From Lama guanicoe (lineage: Eukaryota), in the NCBI GenBank assembly GCA_013239625.1, contig MU054391.1, positions 744,001 to 808,000 of the forward strand: 64,000 bases of DNA, in the 5' to 3' direction. This document shows, in pieces, positions 35,600-47,994 of the stretch (the stretch's first letter is position 1; every line of letters begins with the position of its first letter). Position numbers and translations under genes: made by a program. Below the pieces are notes generated by a model. It did not search any database and was not told the origin of the DNA. It saw only the letters and a list, made by a program, of their open reading frames with translations.

Positions 35600-37200
35600 C
35601 CCACGGCAGTTGCCCTGCTTGAAATCAAGCCGGTTTCTTGAATTACAACTTAGATCACGTCCACTCTCTATTCAGATTTCCTCAATAGCTCCTCGACACT
35701 GAATCGTAGTCACCCTCTGTTTGCTTTTTAAATTAGCTTTTATTTGCACGCAGTTTGAAGAGGCATCCAGCTGGAAAGCCGCAGCTCCCCAGATCTCACC
35801 CTCAATGGATGTCCGTTCCCCACAGGAACCATCATCAAAATTCTGGTCACTCTTTTGGTTTCCACTCCTTTGTCTCTAACAAGGGGTTGTGTTCTTATGT
35901 CTTGATACCCTAGCTTCAGGCATTTCCTACTGCCTTCTTGCCAAAGGAAGTTCACCCTTCGCATCAGAGATTCCCGCCACCCACCGCCCAAGTAAACAAG
36001 TGCATCGTCAGCGCCGTGAAATTCCCATGTGGCTGGACTGTGATCTTGTTCAGTGTGGGGCTCACGTTCGACATGATGCCAGGGCGACAGAGTGGCAGAG
36101 CCAGGAAACGCACTACAGTTCTTTTCTTTCCTGCATAACTTAATTGTCCCTGTATTGACACATTCTGAGTTTTCTGCATTTCTATGTATTTGATTCCCAA
36201 ACTCTCCCCAGGTGTGTAAAACTCTGCCCAAGTTCAGATCCATTAGGCATTCCAGCAGTCATCTGGGCTACCCATGTCTCGGTCCCTCTGGAATGCCCAC
36301 CACCTTCCCAAGAATGCCGTCCCTCCTCCCGGCTGGGGTCTCCCTGTGAGACCAAGGGCTCTTTTCCTCCGGGCCTTCCATTAGGGTGAAGCACACACTC
36401 CCGGAGCTCGCTGAGGAAGGGTACGCTGAGGGGACATTGCTGAGACCTTGCACGACTGAAAACGCCTCTGTTCTAACTTCACGCTGGACTGCTGGTTTGT
36501 CTGCGGTTGTAAGTCAAAACTGCGGAGCATTTCCCCTCAGAACGTAAGCTGTTTTCTTTTTTGTGTTCCAGTTTCTTGCGATTGTGTCAAAAGTCCAACA
36601 CTGTTATGATTTTTGATCTTTTGTACGAAACCCAGCTTTCTCCTTCTCCCTGAAGCTCACAGGACCTTTGTCGCTAGGCTCTGAGGCTTCTCCTGGGGGG
36701 GGGGGGTCCTCGCCTCCTGGGACACTGGGCGGGCCGCGCTGNNNNNNNNNNNNNNNNNNNNNNNNNNNNNNNNNGGGGGGGGGGGGTCTTCGCCTCCTGG
36801 GGACACTGGGCGGGCCGCGCTGACCTGGAAAGGCAGTTCAGGGAAATGTTTTGAATTGCTCCTTGCAGTGTCCCCCCTAACTTGCTCTCGTCCTTTTTCT
36901 GGATGGCTGCTATTCGGACGCTGTGCTTCCGGGCTGGCTCCTTTACTGCCCTGTCTTTTTCCTCCCATTTTCCCACAGTTGTGGCCTTCTAGCTAGGAGG
37001 CTTCTTCAGTTTCATCTTCAAACCTCCCCTTGAGGTTCTATTTCTTACTATCTTTGATGTTTCTAAATTTCTTAGAGCTCATGTTGCTTTCTAAGCAAAC
37101 TATCTTCCCATCTCTCTGACAATACTATTGTAATTTTTTAAGGTCTCTTCTATACACAACCTATTTCTCCAAGTTGTTTTTCTGTGTATTGTTTCCATCT
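35600..37200 (-). mobile_element. Probable very old L1 remnants (T-rich + strand)
   Basis: T-rich composition with L1M-like phrases (ttcccctcagaacgtaag...aaagtccaacactgttatgatttttgatcttttgta). Boundaries uncertain. Confidence 0.3.
36742..36774. other. Assembly gap (33 N) flanked by two copies of a ~47-bp G-rich unit
   Basis: N run; G12-tc(c/t)tcgcctcctggg(g)acactgggcgggccgcgctg on both sides. Confidence 0.95.
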
Positions 37201-40200
37201 CAGAGGCATTTTCCGTGTCTGCTCACACTCAGGCAAGCTGTCTGGGTTGCTGTAAGCGTCAGGTGTGGCGATCTGATGGGGCCGCTCTGCAGATAACACA
37301 CCATGGGGCATTCACTTTCCCTCTTGGATTGGTCAGATTGCCTAGAAAAGGCTGTTTCAAGCTCCCAGTGGAGGGGAGCAGGTGCAGTCCTGGCAGAGAG
37401 CATGCTTGGAATCCAGTGCGGGAGACGCCCAGGGTCTCTGCACTCAGGGCACAGATGCCCAGGAAGCCCCCATGTGCCCTCCGCTGTCCGGTGACCCCCA
37501 CGATAAGCCCTGTGCTCTGTTCTCTCTAGACAGCGGTGGACGGCGTGTCTGCTTTCCACAGAAATGTAAACCCAGCTTTCCAGCTTTCCAGCTTTCCGAT
37601 CCGTGGTCCCTAGCAATTCAGAAACCCCCGGGGCCATAGGTGGTCCTGGAGCAACATCAGCTGCCTCCCCAGTGTCCTCAGTACCCCCGGAGATGCAGCT
37701 TCTTGGGGGCGGGCGACCTGATAGATAGGACGGCATTCAACTCTCTCTGCCCGCTTCCAAAATTTGGGCGCTCCCTCCTCTCCCATCGTTTTCCCAGTGC
37801 CCTTTTGCCTTCAAGAATCAGACTCTTTGCTGTCATTTGGGGTCTGTCTCCAAGGCAGTGCTGGCTAATAAGTGTGCTCAGCTGTGTCTTGAACTCTGAC
37901 ATCATCTACTCGCTTTTTAAGAACTTGGAACATTTGGCCGTGTCCTTCCTTTGTACCCTCAGATCCCACCACCAGCCCTCATTTAGCCTGCGCTGTGCTC
38001 ACCCATTTCCCGTCCTCCTCACCCTACAATTCTGCATCCACTGGCCTGGGGCCCCTCGTGCTGGCCCTTCCAGACCCACCTCCAGTACGACCTTCTCCAC
38101 GGCCATTCCCCGTCAGTCTGGAACCCAGCCTCTGGTCTTTGAGAACTCGGTGCCATTCGATATTTTGCACCCATTTTGTAAACCTCTTTCTACTGTTCTT
38201 GACTTTTCACGTGTGCACATCACATCATCTCGGTTTGCCTGTGTCCTCCTCGTCTTTGAGGACGAGCAGGGTAGTTATTCTAAGTCCCCGCCATGTCAGG
38301 GAAGGAGGGGCGTTCAGTGCGTTGCTTTCTGTCGGCTGATGCCACTGATGATTCTTCCAGAGCCTCCTGGCCCTCAGCTTTGGCTCCACCAGCACCTGAC
38401 TTTCAATGGAACGCTTACTGCCTCCTCTCCGTCTGCAGAACAGCATGTGCTCGCCTGCCACTTCTAAGACTAGAAGGTTGAGAACATTGAGACTGTTGGA
38501 TAAAATGACCCCGACAGCCAATTTGCCTCTTGGCAGTGAGATAGGCAAATTAAACTGCTCAGTAAACACATTTTGGCTCTTTCTATTAGAGCTAAAAATC
38601 TCAGATGGTTAACAAGGGCTCCTGATGTGGTCAACTGGTGATTACCCAGGCGCCAGGAGACAGCACCAAGACAGCATCCTCAGAACGGCAGGTTCCGGAG
38701 GAGACAGGAGCTTCAGTGCTCACTCACTCCATCCACCTCTTCACCCAGAAAAGGAAGAGACCAAGGCCAGAGAGAGTCAGCGACAGGTAGGAGGTCAGCA
38801 CACGACCGGACCTCCCACCCGCTAAGTGAGTGGTCTTCTGTGGGCCAGGCCACAGGAGAAGCAGAAATGAACATAAGTCAGAAAAAGTCCTTCTCCCGAG
38901 GCCATCGCGACGCTCTGTGTTCCTAGCGCTCACCGCCTCTTGGCCATCACTCTTGCAGCGGCTCATAGAACACATCCAGGGAGGGGACGGCCGGAAGTGC
39001 GCCCCTTGTGCATTTAGACTGCGACAGCACACTACTTTCGACTTGTCCTTTCTGAATATTTACTAGTCGACACCAGCACTCTGGGTCAGAAAGGTGCTGG
39101 TCACATTTAACAGTAACAGAGCAACACAGAGCACTTGGTCTGTGTTTAGTCCAGACGAAGAGATTCAACACCGAGGCAGCAGTGATGACCGCGTCATTAG
39201 CGAGGGGTTGCTCCGCTTTGTTGTGAGGTGGGTGCCTGACCCTGAGAGCTGCTGAGGACGGCTGTGGTCCTCAGCACTGCAGGACGCTGAGTGCTGAGCA
39301 GCACTGAACGCTGCGGTGGCACGTCATGCTGCTGTAGCATGTAGCACCGGGGCAGTGCTTAGCACTGCAGCCACGCTTACCTCGCAGCGATGCCGTCGAG
39401 CCCTGCAGCTGCACCAGGACTACGACCTGGAGTTACGGTGATTCAGACTGACAGGAGGAACTGAGAAGCAGGCTGCCTAAGGATTCATGATCTTATCAGT
39501 GACATCTTTGCCCCCGGGACCAATGTGTGAGAAAATACATGCAAACCAAAAGCTAAAGACTTCTCACTCCTCCTCAAGTACATACGAGAGCCCTCTTCTC
39601 CCGACGCCCTAGGACAGCGCTGTCTTCACGTGGCAGGTGAGAAGTCGCTCAGCTGTGAAATATTTATGATGTTGGTAGTTGATGCGTCGAGAGGCCTACA
39701 GCGCTGGCTTGGGGGTGAGGAGACGCACCTGAACGCTCCTACCTCACAGAAATATGACCATTTGCATGCTCACATACAGCCACGTGACAGAAATACAACT
39801 GTATGTACATCATACACACACGCGGAGTACGCACGTGGGTGTACGCACTCCAGGCAAAACGTGCCTCTCACAGGAACTATGAAGCTTTTTAAATATGCAT
39901 TTTCTAACCAATTACTGCAAGTAAAATACAAGCTCTCACACCACATAGATTTTTGAAGCTGCTCTGTGGTTTGTGGTCAGAGGGGGTCGGGCGTGTTCAG
40001 GGTGGCACAGCCCTAGGCGGGTCTGTACTTTACCAGGCACCAGGCTACAGGTATTAAGCTGCAAAATCTGGTCATTCTGAAGGGGATTAAAAATGCTTTC
40101 TCCACCAGACTGCCTTGCTTTTAACTCCCTTGGCAATGGGTAGTTTGCATAACTCCCACCCGGGCTCGTCTGCTTTTACTGCAGTTATTTGCAGTTCTAA

Positions 40201-43200
40201 CAACCACCAGAAACACTTGTCGTAAGAAAGTGCATAAGCAGTCCCTTCATGTGTGTGCCGCTCAGTCATCAGGCCCCCACACGCGCTGCACCACTCAGGA
40301 CGCACTCAGTCCACCGCGGGCTGCACTTTGTCACACGACTCCATCTTCCAGGCTCGGGTCTCTGTGAGTCCTGGCACCACTGCCCTCCTTCTGAACTCGG
40401 ATGACTAGAAGTGTTAAGATTTTCTTGTGACGGAAAACACTAGTTTTGAACAGGCAACTCTGCTTTTCACACAGAAGTCCTGGTGCAAAGAACGGGGCTC
40501 TCTCCTCCGTTCGTTTCAGGGGAGGTGGAGCAGAGCCCAGGGAGATGCTCTGAGGACAAGCGCACTCCTCCCTTCGGGGTCTGTCTCGGGTCCTCTGAAT
40601 ACAAGTCCCCGTGTGCTCCATCTCCAGCTTGTCCCTGAGCAGGGAGGTGCCCTCAGGGGACGTGCCCAGCGTGGCTGTGATGGCGGCTGTGGCCTTCCAG
40701 ACTTCCGGGTCAGAAAGGGTGAAAGGATGCGGCAGAAGTGGCTGGTGTGGGCGGGGGTGCCACGGCCAGGGCAGTCACGCCGCCCTACTTGGGTGGGATT
40801 TCTGGGAGTCCGGGTGGGTCTGCGGCCCCAGGGAGTGTGTGCCCCCTGGGCTCCGTCTCCCTCACACCAGCTTCTGGGATGTCGGTTCTTCCTCCTGTCT
40901 CCCGACTCCTTAGATGCTGCGCGGGTCTCCAGGCCATGGGAGCAGGACCGTGGGAGAGTCGGCCCAGTACACAGCCGCCCTCGGAACGGTTTCCACTTGT
41001 CCATTCCTGGTTCATGGTGCACAGCTCACGCGCACTGAGAGGCTCTCGAGCAGAAGGCTCTCACCTCCCCGGAGGGCTGGTGAGGGGCATCCAACAACCC
41101 CCAGGGAGGGGCCCTGCAAACGCCGCCAGCCACTCCGTTCACTGCCCTGGGGTTGGGGTCAGCCCGGGGGTTGGGGTCAGCCCTGGGGTGAGATCTGAGG
41201 CACTCCTCTTCCTTTCTGAAGAAAGGCAGTCTTGCTTCTCTCTGGTGGCAGGAGGTCCGCTGAGGGGCCTACCCAAGAGGAGGCAGGTGCTTCCCCGGCT
41301 TCGGAGTCAAATCCAACTCAGCTGGCCTCCAACGCAACGCCTGGCTGAATGTCCATGACGCTGCTCCGTTTCATCTGTCTCCACGTTTAGTGATACTAAA
41401 CAGACGGTTTTTCTTCTTTTCTGTTGGTTTTCTTAAGAGCTGCCCGCCTCCCCTCCCTGTGAGCAGAGAGAGGAATCTCAGTCCACAGATGGAACCAAAC
41501 CCGAGCCTGGACCAGAGGAGCTGGATTTGAAATCTCTCTTTACTTGTGTGACCTCGAGTGGGTCCCTCCATCAGTGTCAGGTCCCTGTCCGTGGGAGGAA
41601 GGGGTTGATCAGATTTCCAGGGTCTTCAAGTTTTCTGGAACTCGGGCTAGAGGCCAGGTGTCTCGGGGCCTCCGTCACGCGGGGCTCTCTGTCCAAGGAA
41701 GACTCCTGCTGGGGAGGGGCTGGGGGCTCAGCCACTTGCCTGGCTGCCAGGTCCCCCCGCCAGGCTTCTGCTCAGTTTCCTTTCACAGTTGCTATTACAG
41801 TCGGGTTCCTCACATTTTTTTTAATAGGTCACTCTCATCAAGTAAAAATTATCAGGTGCTAAAAAGAAATGAGTGAAGATCCGTGTACAGAGCGTGGACT
41901 GGTTTGGGGGTGTTGGCTTCTCAGAGCCTGACGGATGCTAACGTGACAACTGATGACAAGGGAACGCATGGGTGTCCCGGAGCCGCATTGCTGGGAAGCA
42001 GCAGCAACTGCAGAACCTGAACCAAAGGCTGCGTCTCAGAGCAGAGAACGTGGCCCTAAGGCCGGTCAGCGGGGTCCCTCACCTGACAGGTGCAGGGCTT
42101 CCCGGGGCCACGTGCCTTGGGAGGCAGCCCAGAACTAATGCCAGCCCCCTTCGGGGCTGCTTGTCAGCTTGCTCAGACCGCCCGATCCTGCCCCCTCCTC
42201 CCTCCGGGGGGCAAAGGCTTGGGTCTGAAGGCCGGGTCTGCAGGGAGAAGAGGTGACCGGCTCCCAGTCCTGGCCTCCCTTTGCTTGGTCTCAAGAGCAG
42301 AACGGTCACAGCAGAGGCCAGGCCCAGGCCTCACAGAGGGGAGGGGTGCCCTCCGTGTGTTCTGACGAGTCCAGCACCGCGGCGTCCCGCCTCCAGGGAC
42401 GTCACCTTTGGGTGAAGTCCTGCAGCCCATGGTAATTTGGTTTCTCCAAAAGTGACTCTTGTGTGAAAATGACGCCCCCACCCAGGGCTGAGAACGATGC
42501 CCTGGCCTTGACAGTCCCATGTCTTCCAAGGCAGAGCGGTGGGTCTGACCCCAGAGACAAGCCCCCAACAGCTAAACCAGTGAGCCCCAGTGCTTCCAGC
42601 TCTGCACAGTGCTGTGCAGAGCAGCTGGGCTTCCTTGGCCGGAGCCCAGGCTGGGTTGGGCAGCGTGGACCGGGGTCCTCAAGTGGCTGCTGCCACGAGC
42701 CTCCTTCACCCACGAATCACCCTCGTTTCAGGGGGGGGGCCTGGCCACGGTGGGACCTCAGCTTCAGTTCATCAGGAAGAACCTCCACAGTATCTCAGAC
42801 TCCCGGGACCGGGTCCAGGCTCCACGTGCCCTGCTGGCAGCAGCCCCAGCACAGGAGTGTTCATGTCGCTCTGGGAAGCGGCTGTGGGCAGGTCGGCATC
42901 ATGGCGAGAGGACGGGGTTAGAACGGGGAGGCCGGACCTGCCAGCCAGCGACCGGCTCCTGCCACTGTGACCCGAGCAAAGCTCGCGCCTCCCCGCACTC
43001 AGGCCCCCAGCACACGCCTGGGGTCAGGGTGCTCTTGTGACGGCGAGGCCCGTGCAGTGCACACGTGTGGAGTGAGTCTGCCTCGTTCCACGGAGGGCTG
43101 AGATGAGAGAAATCGTCGGCCGCGGCACACAAACCACGTTCAGCGTGTCCTGAGATGCCGACCTTCCTGCGCTCCGTGCTTTGTACTGAACCACGGCCGA

Positions 43201-44575
43201 GAACCGCGGGGTCTGAATCAAGCCAGACCCTCCTCCCCCCGCCCCTCCTGCCCCCGTCAGCTCTGGGTCCCGCTGCGTCCGTCCCCGGGCGTCAGCGGTC
43301 TCTCCACCTCTCTCGCTGATCTGCCCGCTGCTCACCTGGTCGCGAAGAGAGCGCACGCCTTTCACCTCCTCTGACACACTGACTGCAGGCGGCCGCTGAT
43401 CTCCAGAGGTCCTCACTCCCCTCCCCAACGCCCCAGCATGCACGCTGGGTCAGACCCAGGGCGGGGCTCCCGCATCTCCTGCCCGACGTGGGGACCGCCC
43501 GTGATCCAGACCTTCTCAAGCCACAGCCTCCCTTCTCACTTTCCTCCCAGACCTGACCCTCCCCCGCAGGGGCGGCCGCCGTCCCCTGGCCTCCCTGGGC
43601 CCCTCCGGCGCCGGGTCCGGGTCCATCGGGCTGACTCCCACCTCCATCGCAGGGGCTCGGGGCCTCTCAGCCTCCTGCTGACTGCAGCCGCTAAGCCTGG
43701 GCCCACCGCCCTCTCTGCTCGGGCGCAGAGCCCATCGGAGGCCAGGAATCCGACCTGTTACCACGTGGATCTCGCCCTGGCACAGCACAGCCTCACAAAG
43801 AGCTTGGCCTCATGGACTGAACGGCGACGGACAGATGGGCAGCACTCCCCTCCCCACCCTGAGGGCCCACGTCCCCACCCTGGCCAGGTAGAGAGTCTCC
43901 CCAGGAAGGCTGGCTGACCCAGGGGGACGCTGCCCCTCCTCTTCCAATCCCTGGCCCCCACCGTGACTCTGAGGGCACCTGAGACACCCTGTCAAGTCCA
44001 TGAGTCCACAGGGGGCTGGGGGCCCTGTTCCCTCCAATGATGCTCTGGGCACGGCCACGTTCCTGACTCGCATGGAGGCCGCAGGTGTCAGACAGTAACC
44101 AAGAAGACTTCCTGTGAGGAAGGGAGTAAGACCGACTAAGGGCTCTGAGCTGGGACAGGACAAAGTGGAGCCCACGTGTCCACAGAGCAGAGACCACCCC
44201 CCTAGGCACCCCCTCCTCGGTGTCCTGTTACATCGGCAGCAGCATCTTCCCGCAGGCGCCTGAGGAGTGGCCGCCGTGGGCCGCGGAGTGAGGCAAAGGG
44301 GGAGGGCCCTCTGACTTCAGAGGACTCGATGACAATCTGCCTGGGGAGAAGGTTTTATAAACGGGCAGAAACTGTGCCTCAGTGGCCAGCGGATCAAATA
44401 TCTTGCTTCAGATACTGCGTTTTGAGTGTGGAAGAGAAAGCTGCTCTTTAACGGGCAGCTGTGATGGATCCTCGTGTAAAGTGAAGCCTCAGGTGAGGGT
44501 CGAATCACTCAGGACGTGGACCCGCGGAGGTGAAGCGATGGACCAGGGTCCTGCCTACTGGAGCCAGAGCGCAGT

Positions 44576-44868
44576 GAGCTTGTTTACAAAACAGAGACAG
44601 ACTCACAGACACAGAAGACAAACTTACGGTTACGGGGGGGTGGGGGCGTGGGGAGACAAACTGGCAGTTCGGGATTACAGATACTAACCATTATACGTAA
44701 AATAGATAAAAAAACAAGGTCCTAGTGTGGAGCACAGGTAGCTATACTCAATATCTCGTAACAGCCTACAGTGAGCAAGAATATATATGTGTGCAGCTGA
44801 ATCACTGTGCTGTCCACCAGAAACTAGCACAACGTTGTAAGTCAACCCTATTTCGATACAATAAAGAT
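44576..44868 (+). mobile_element. LINE-1 3' UTR fragment related to 51264-51740
   Basis: Aligns by eye with 51362-51725 (tttacaaaacaga..cagactcacagaca..aaacttacggttac..aaaatagat..aacaagg.ccta..ctga.tcactg..tgtaa.tcaacc); ends with aataaa. Confidence 0.8.
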
Positions 44869-45299
44869 CTAAGACGTTTTCATGTAACGTTCGGGCGCAG
44901 CTTCCTCCCTCAGGGGCTCTGTCCCCACCCTCATGGCCCTGGTGACCCGGGCCCCTGGGTTCTCGCCTTCTCCCGTGCTTGGCGCGCAAAGCTGGTGGGT
45001 GGCTGGAGTGGGGACCAGGGGACCAGGGCAAAGAAGGAGAGCCCTTCACCTCCTGCCTGGCACGGAGCATCGCCGTCTGCCTGGAAGCCTGTTTCTCACT
45101 CGACCGCGGGGAGGGCCACCCTAGGGCCGGCCTGGGGGGAGGTGGCTGGGGGAAGCTTGCCTGGGCACTAGTAATGGAGCTCATTTAAAAAGTACAAAGT
45201 GTGGCTTAAATTTCGAGCAATAGCATTGTTTAAGAAATGATCAATCTTATAAAAATATACCCTTATACAAACAATTTTCTCTTGAGTAAGAAGAAAGTC

Positions 45300-45760
45300 C
45301 TTTAAGAACAATTATTCTGCATTATCTGCAGTAGGAAACGGGCACCCTCCCCTCTGCTGGTGGGAACACAAACGGGTCCCATCTTGCTGGAAAGAAGCTT
45401 TAGAACGGCCCACGTCCTCACACCCCTCCACCCAGGGCTCCTCCTGTGCGAGGCTCCCCTAAAGAAAGAGCCAAAGCCGTAAAAACGCTCTGCAAAGACA
45501 CTTAACTGCATGTGATCTACAACATGGAAAAAGTGAGACGTGAACCCCAGTAACTTCCAGTAAGAGGAGCGTGGCATAAATCACAGTCTCCCCACAGGAC
45601 GGAAGTCCCCGTGACAACTAAAATGAAAACAGTGGCCTCAGAAGTGGCTCATGTTATAACCTGAAATAAAAATTTAGAAAACGCGAGTTTACATCTGTGA
45701 GACTAATTCAAAGAGTAAAGTGCATCGGCAACCAGGAAAACCCTGACGACCGGGGAAGGC
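45300..45760 (+). mobile_element. Old L1M (L1ME/MC-like) 3' fragment
   Basis: tgctggtgggaacacaaacgggtcccatcttgctggaaagaagcttt resembles the L1M ORF2 3' motif; A-rich continuation. Confidence 0.4.
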
Positions 45761-47963
45761 GTGCCGCCCCTCGGAGCCGAGCAGTCACAGGAGCGCGACA
45801 GGTGTCCGGGAAGGCGGCCCCCGCCGTTGTTCCTGCTTTCCTAACCTCGGTTTTCGTCTTTATTTAAGGACACGAGCACTTCCCACCTTTAATCCCATGT
45901 CACCTTTGCACCCAGTGCAGTGTTTCTTTTGGTTTCAGCTGCCATAAAATTCCCCGAGAGGATCGGCTGAGACGGTTTGAAACGCAAACTCCCCTTTATC
46001 TTTTCACTTTCTGAAGTTTCACACCGCCAAGCCCAGGCCTCGCTGCCCCTGGCAGCCTGCACTGCGCGTGGGGTCCCGGGGCAGCTCCCACGGGTGGCCC
46101 AGGCCTGGAGACACGGACCGGCTGCTGCTGATTCCCGGGCGGACGGGGCTCTGGCGGGACCCCAGCCCCCAGACCTCCCCTCTGCCTCCACCATCACTTG
46201 TTAGAGACCAGTTTGGGTTAACTGAAGAAGCGTCTCTGACAAAAACCAGGCTGCCTTGGGGAGAGTCCAGCTGGTCAGTCCCTCGAGGTGGTATGGCCGC
46301 TGCAGTGTCTGACTGGTGCCCCCTGAGGTCGGGGAGGCGGTGGGGGGCTCTGGAGCTGGAGGGGCCGCCAGGCCAGGGGGCTGAGGTCCAGAGAGTCTGT
46401 TCCTACAGGGGGGTTGGGGCCACAGTGACTGCACTCCTGCCCCTCCGGCCCTTTGAGGGTGGGTTTCTGCTCTGGGACAGTGTCACATGGCTGCTCTGTG
46501 ACTAACTCCTCCACCTGCACGTGACCGTGGGAGGACCCCGGGGTCACACGGAGTGAAGCACAGCCCGCCATAGAGACCTTAGCCCAGGATCCGGGTCTGC
46601 TGGGTCCTGCCCCGACAGCTGCCTCCCTGCGCTCAGTTTCCGCCCTGGCGCAGGTGGTCCCCACGGCTCTCAGGGGAGCACGGCAGGCCATTCAGCGGCC
46701 ACGGGATTGGCTGACGGGGTGAGTCGAGCGTTTCACTGTATCGCGACGCATCACTGGCGGACAGAACTTCTCCTGAGATGCTCACGCCCCCTCCGCTCCT
46801 CCCAGAGTTTTGGGAAATGCATCCACGTAGAGGAAGCGTATCTCTGGCGACGACGGACGCAGTCAGGTAGCACTCACGGGCGTGGAGTGGCTACTAAAGC
46901 AGAGCTAGTGGATCTCCTGGAATTGGCTGAACTACACAGGTGGGGCTCAGAGCGCTCGCTTCGCAGGAGGGAAGGTGCGTCTGCCTCCTGCTCTGTTCCC
47001 AGTGCACAGGCCCCACGGTCCTGCGTGAGTGGGGAGACGGCCCCCCTCAGACTGTGCACAAGCTCCAGGATGCGCCCGGAGTCACTTTCAGCCGAGCTGC
47101 TTTGGCCCTTTATTGCCCGTATGCTCCTGACCACCAGGCTCTGCTCAGGCTGAGGCCGCAGAGCAGACAGTGGCGGGTGACCCTCGAGCCTTTTGGCCCA
47201 GGGGCACACACAAGGCAGGGCTGGCTGAGGGCTCTGAGCCTACCCGTGTGGGCTCGGGGAGGGGATCCCCTCGGGGGACAGGGCTGAATCTGCAGGGGCT
47301 GCCTGGTCCTCAGCCTGGACTCCATCCACACAGCCGTCCAGTCTCTCCCCAGAGACCAGCCACTCAGATGTCTCCATGGCTGTCATTTTCAGGGCAATTC
47401 CACGGTGGGGACAGAGTGAAGTGGAAGGTGACACTGTCCCCACTTAGAAGTTGTCCTTCTGGCCACTGGGGGCCCAGGAGTGAAGCTGGGGGTCAGCAAC
47501 GTGGGGAGCATGGCTGGGGCTGCGGGGGGGTGTGCCTCCACGTGGGCTTATGGTCTGGGTGGTGGAAACGCTTCTAGCCGGGATCTGCCCCGGTTAGAAA
47601 TTCCTGGGCTGGACGTGGACCTATAGGGCAGCAGACACCAGTGCAGGTGCCAAGGTGGCTCCCGGCGCCCAGGGACTCAGACCAAGGTTTCAGGTGTCAC
47701 CCGTGCCCGCTGGGTTGGTGTTCAGACTCACACACGTCCTGCCTTGGTTTGCTAGGTGCTCACCGGGGACCTTAAACCCCGTAGACCTGGAGTCTGCCCT
47801 CTGCACATGCAGACCCGTGCCCTCAGGGTCAGTGACCTTACACTCAGGGCATCAGAGTCCTCCGGTGGGGGTTGGAGGGACACACAGACAGCAGGCCTCC
47901 CCCCAGATCCTGAGTCCACAGGTCTGGGTGGAGACAGGTCTGAGGTGGGGGCGGGTCTGGGGC

Positions 47964-47994
47964 NNNNNNNNNNNNNNNNNNNNNNNNNNNNNNN
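47964..47994. other. Assembly gap (31 N) inside a G-rich repeat (GG(A/G)GGCGGGTCT-like units)
   Basis: N run with gggggcgggtct on both sides. Confidence 0.95.
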
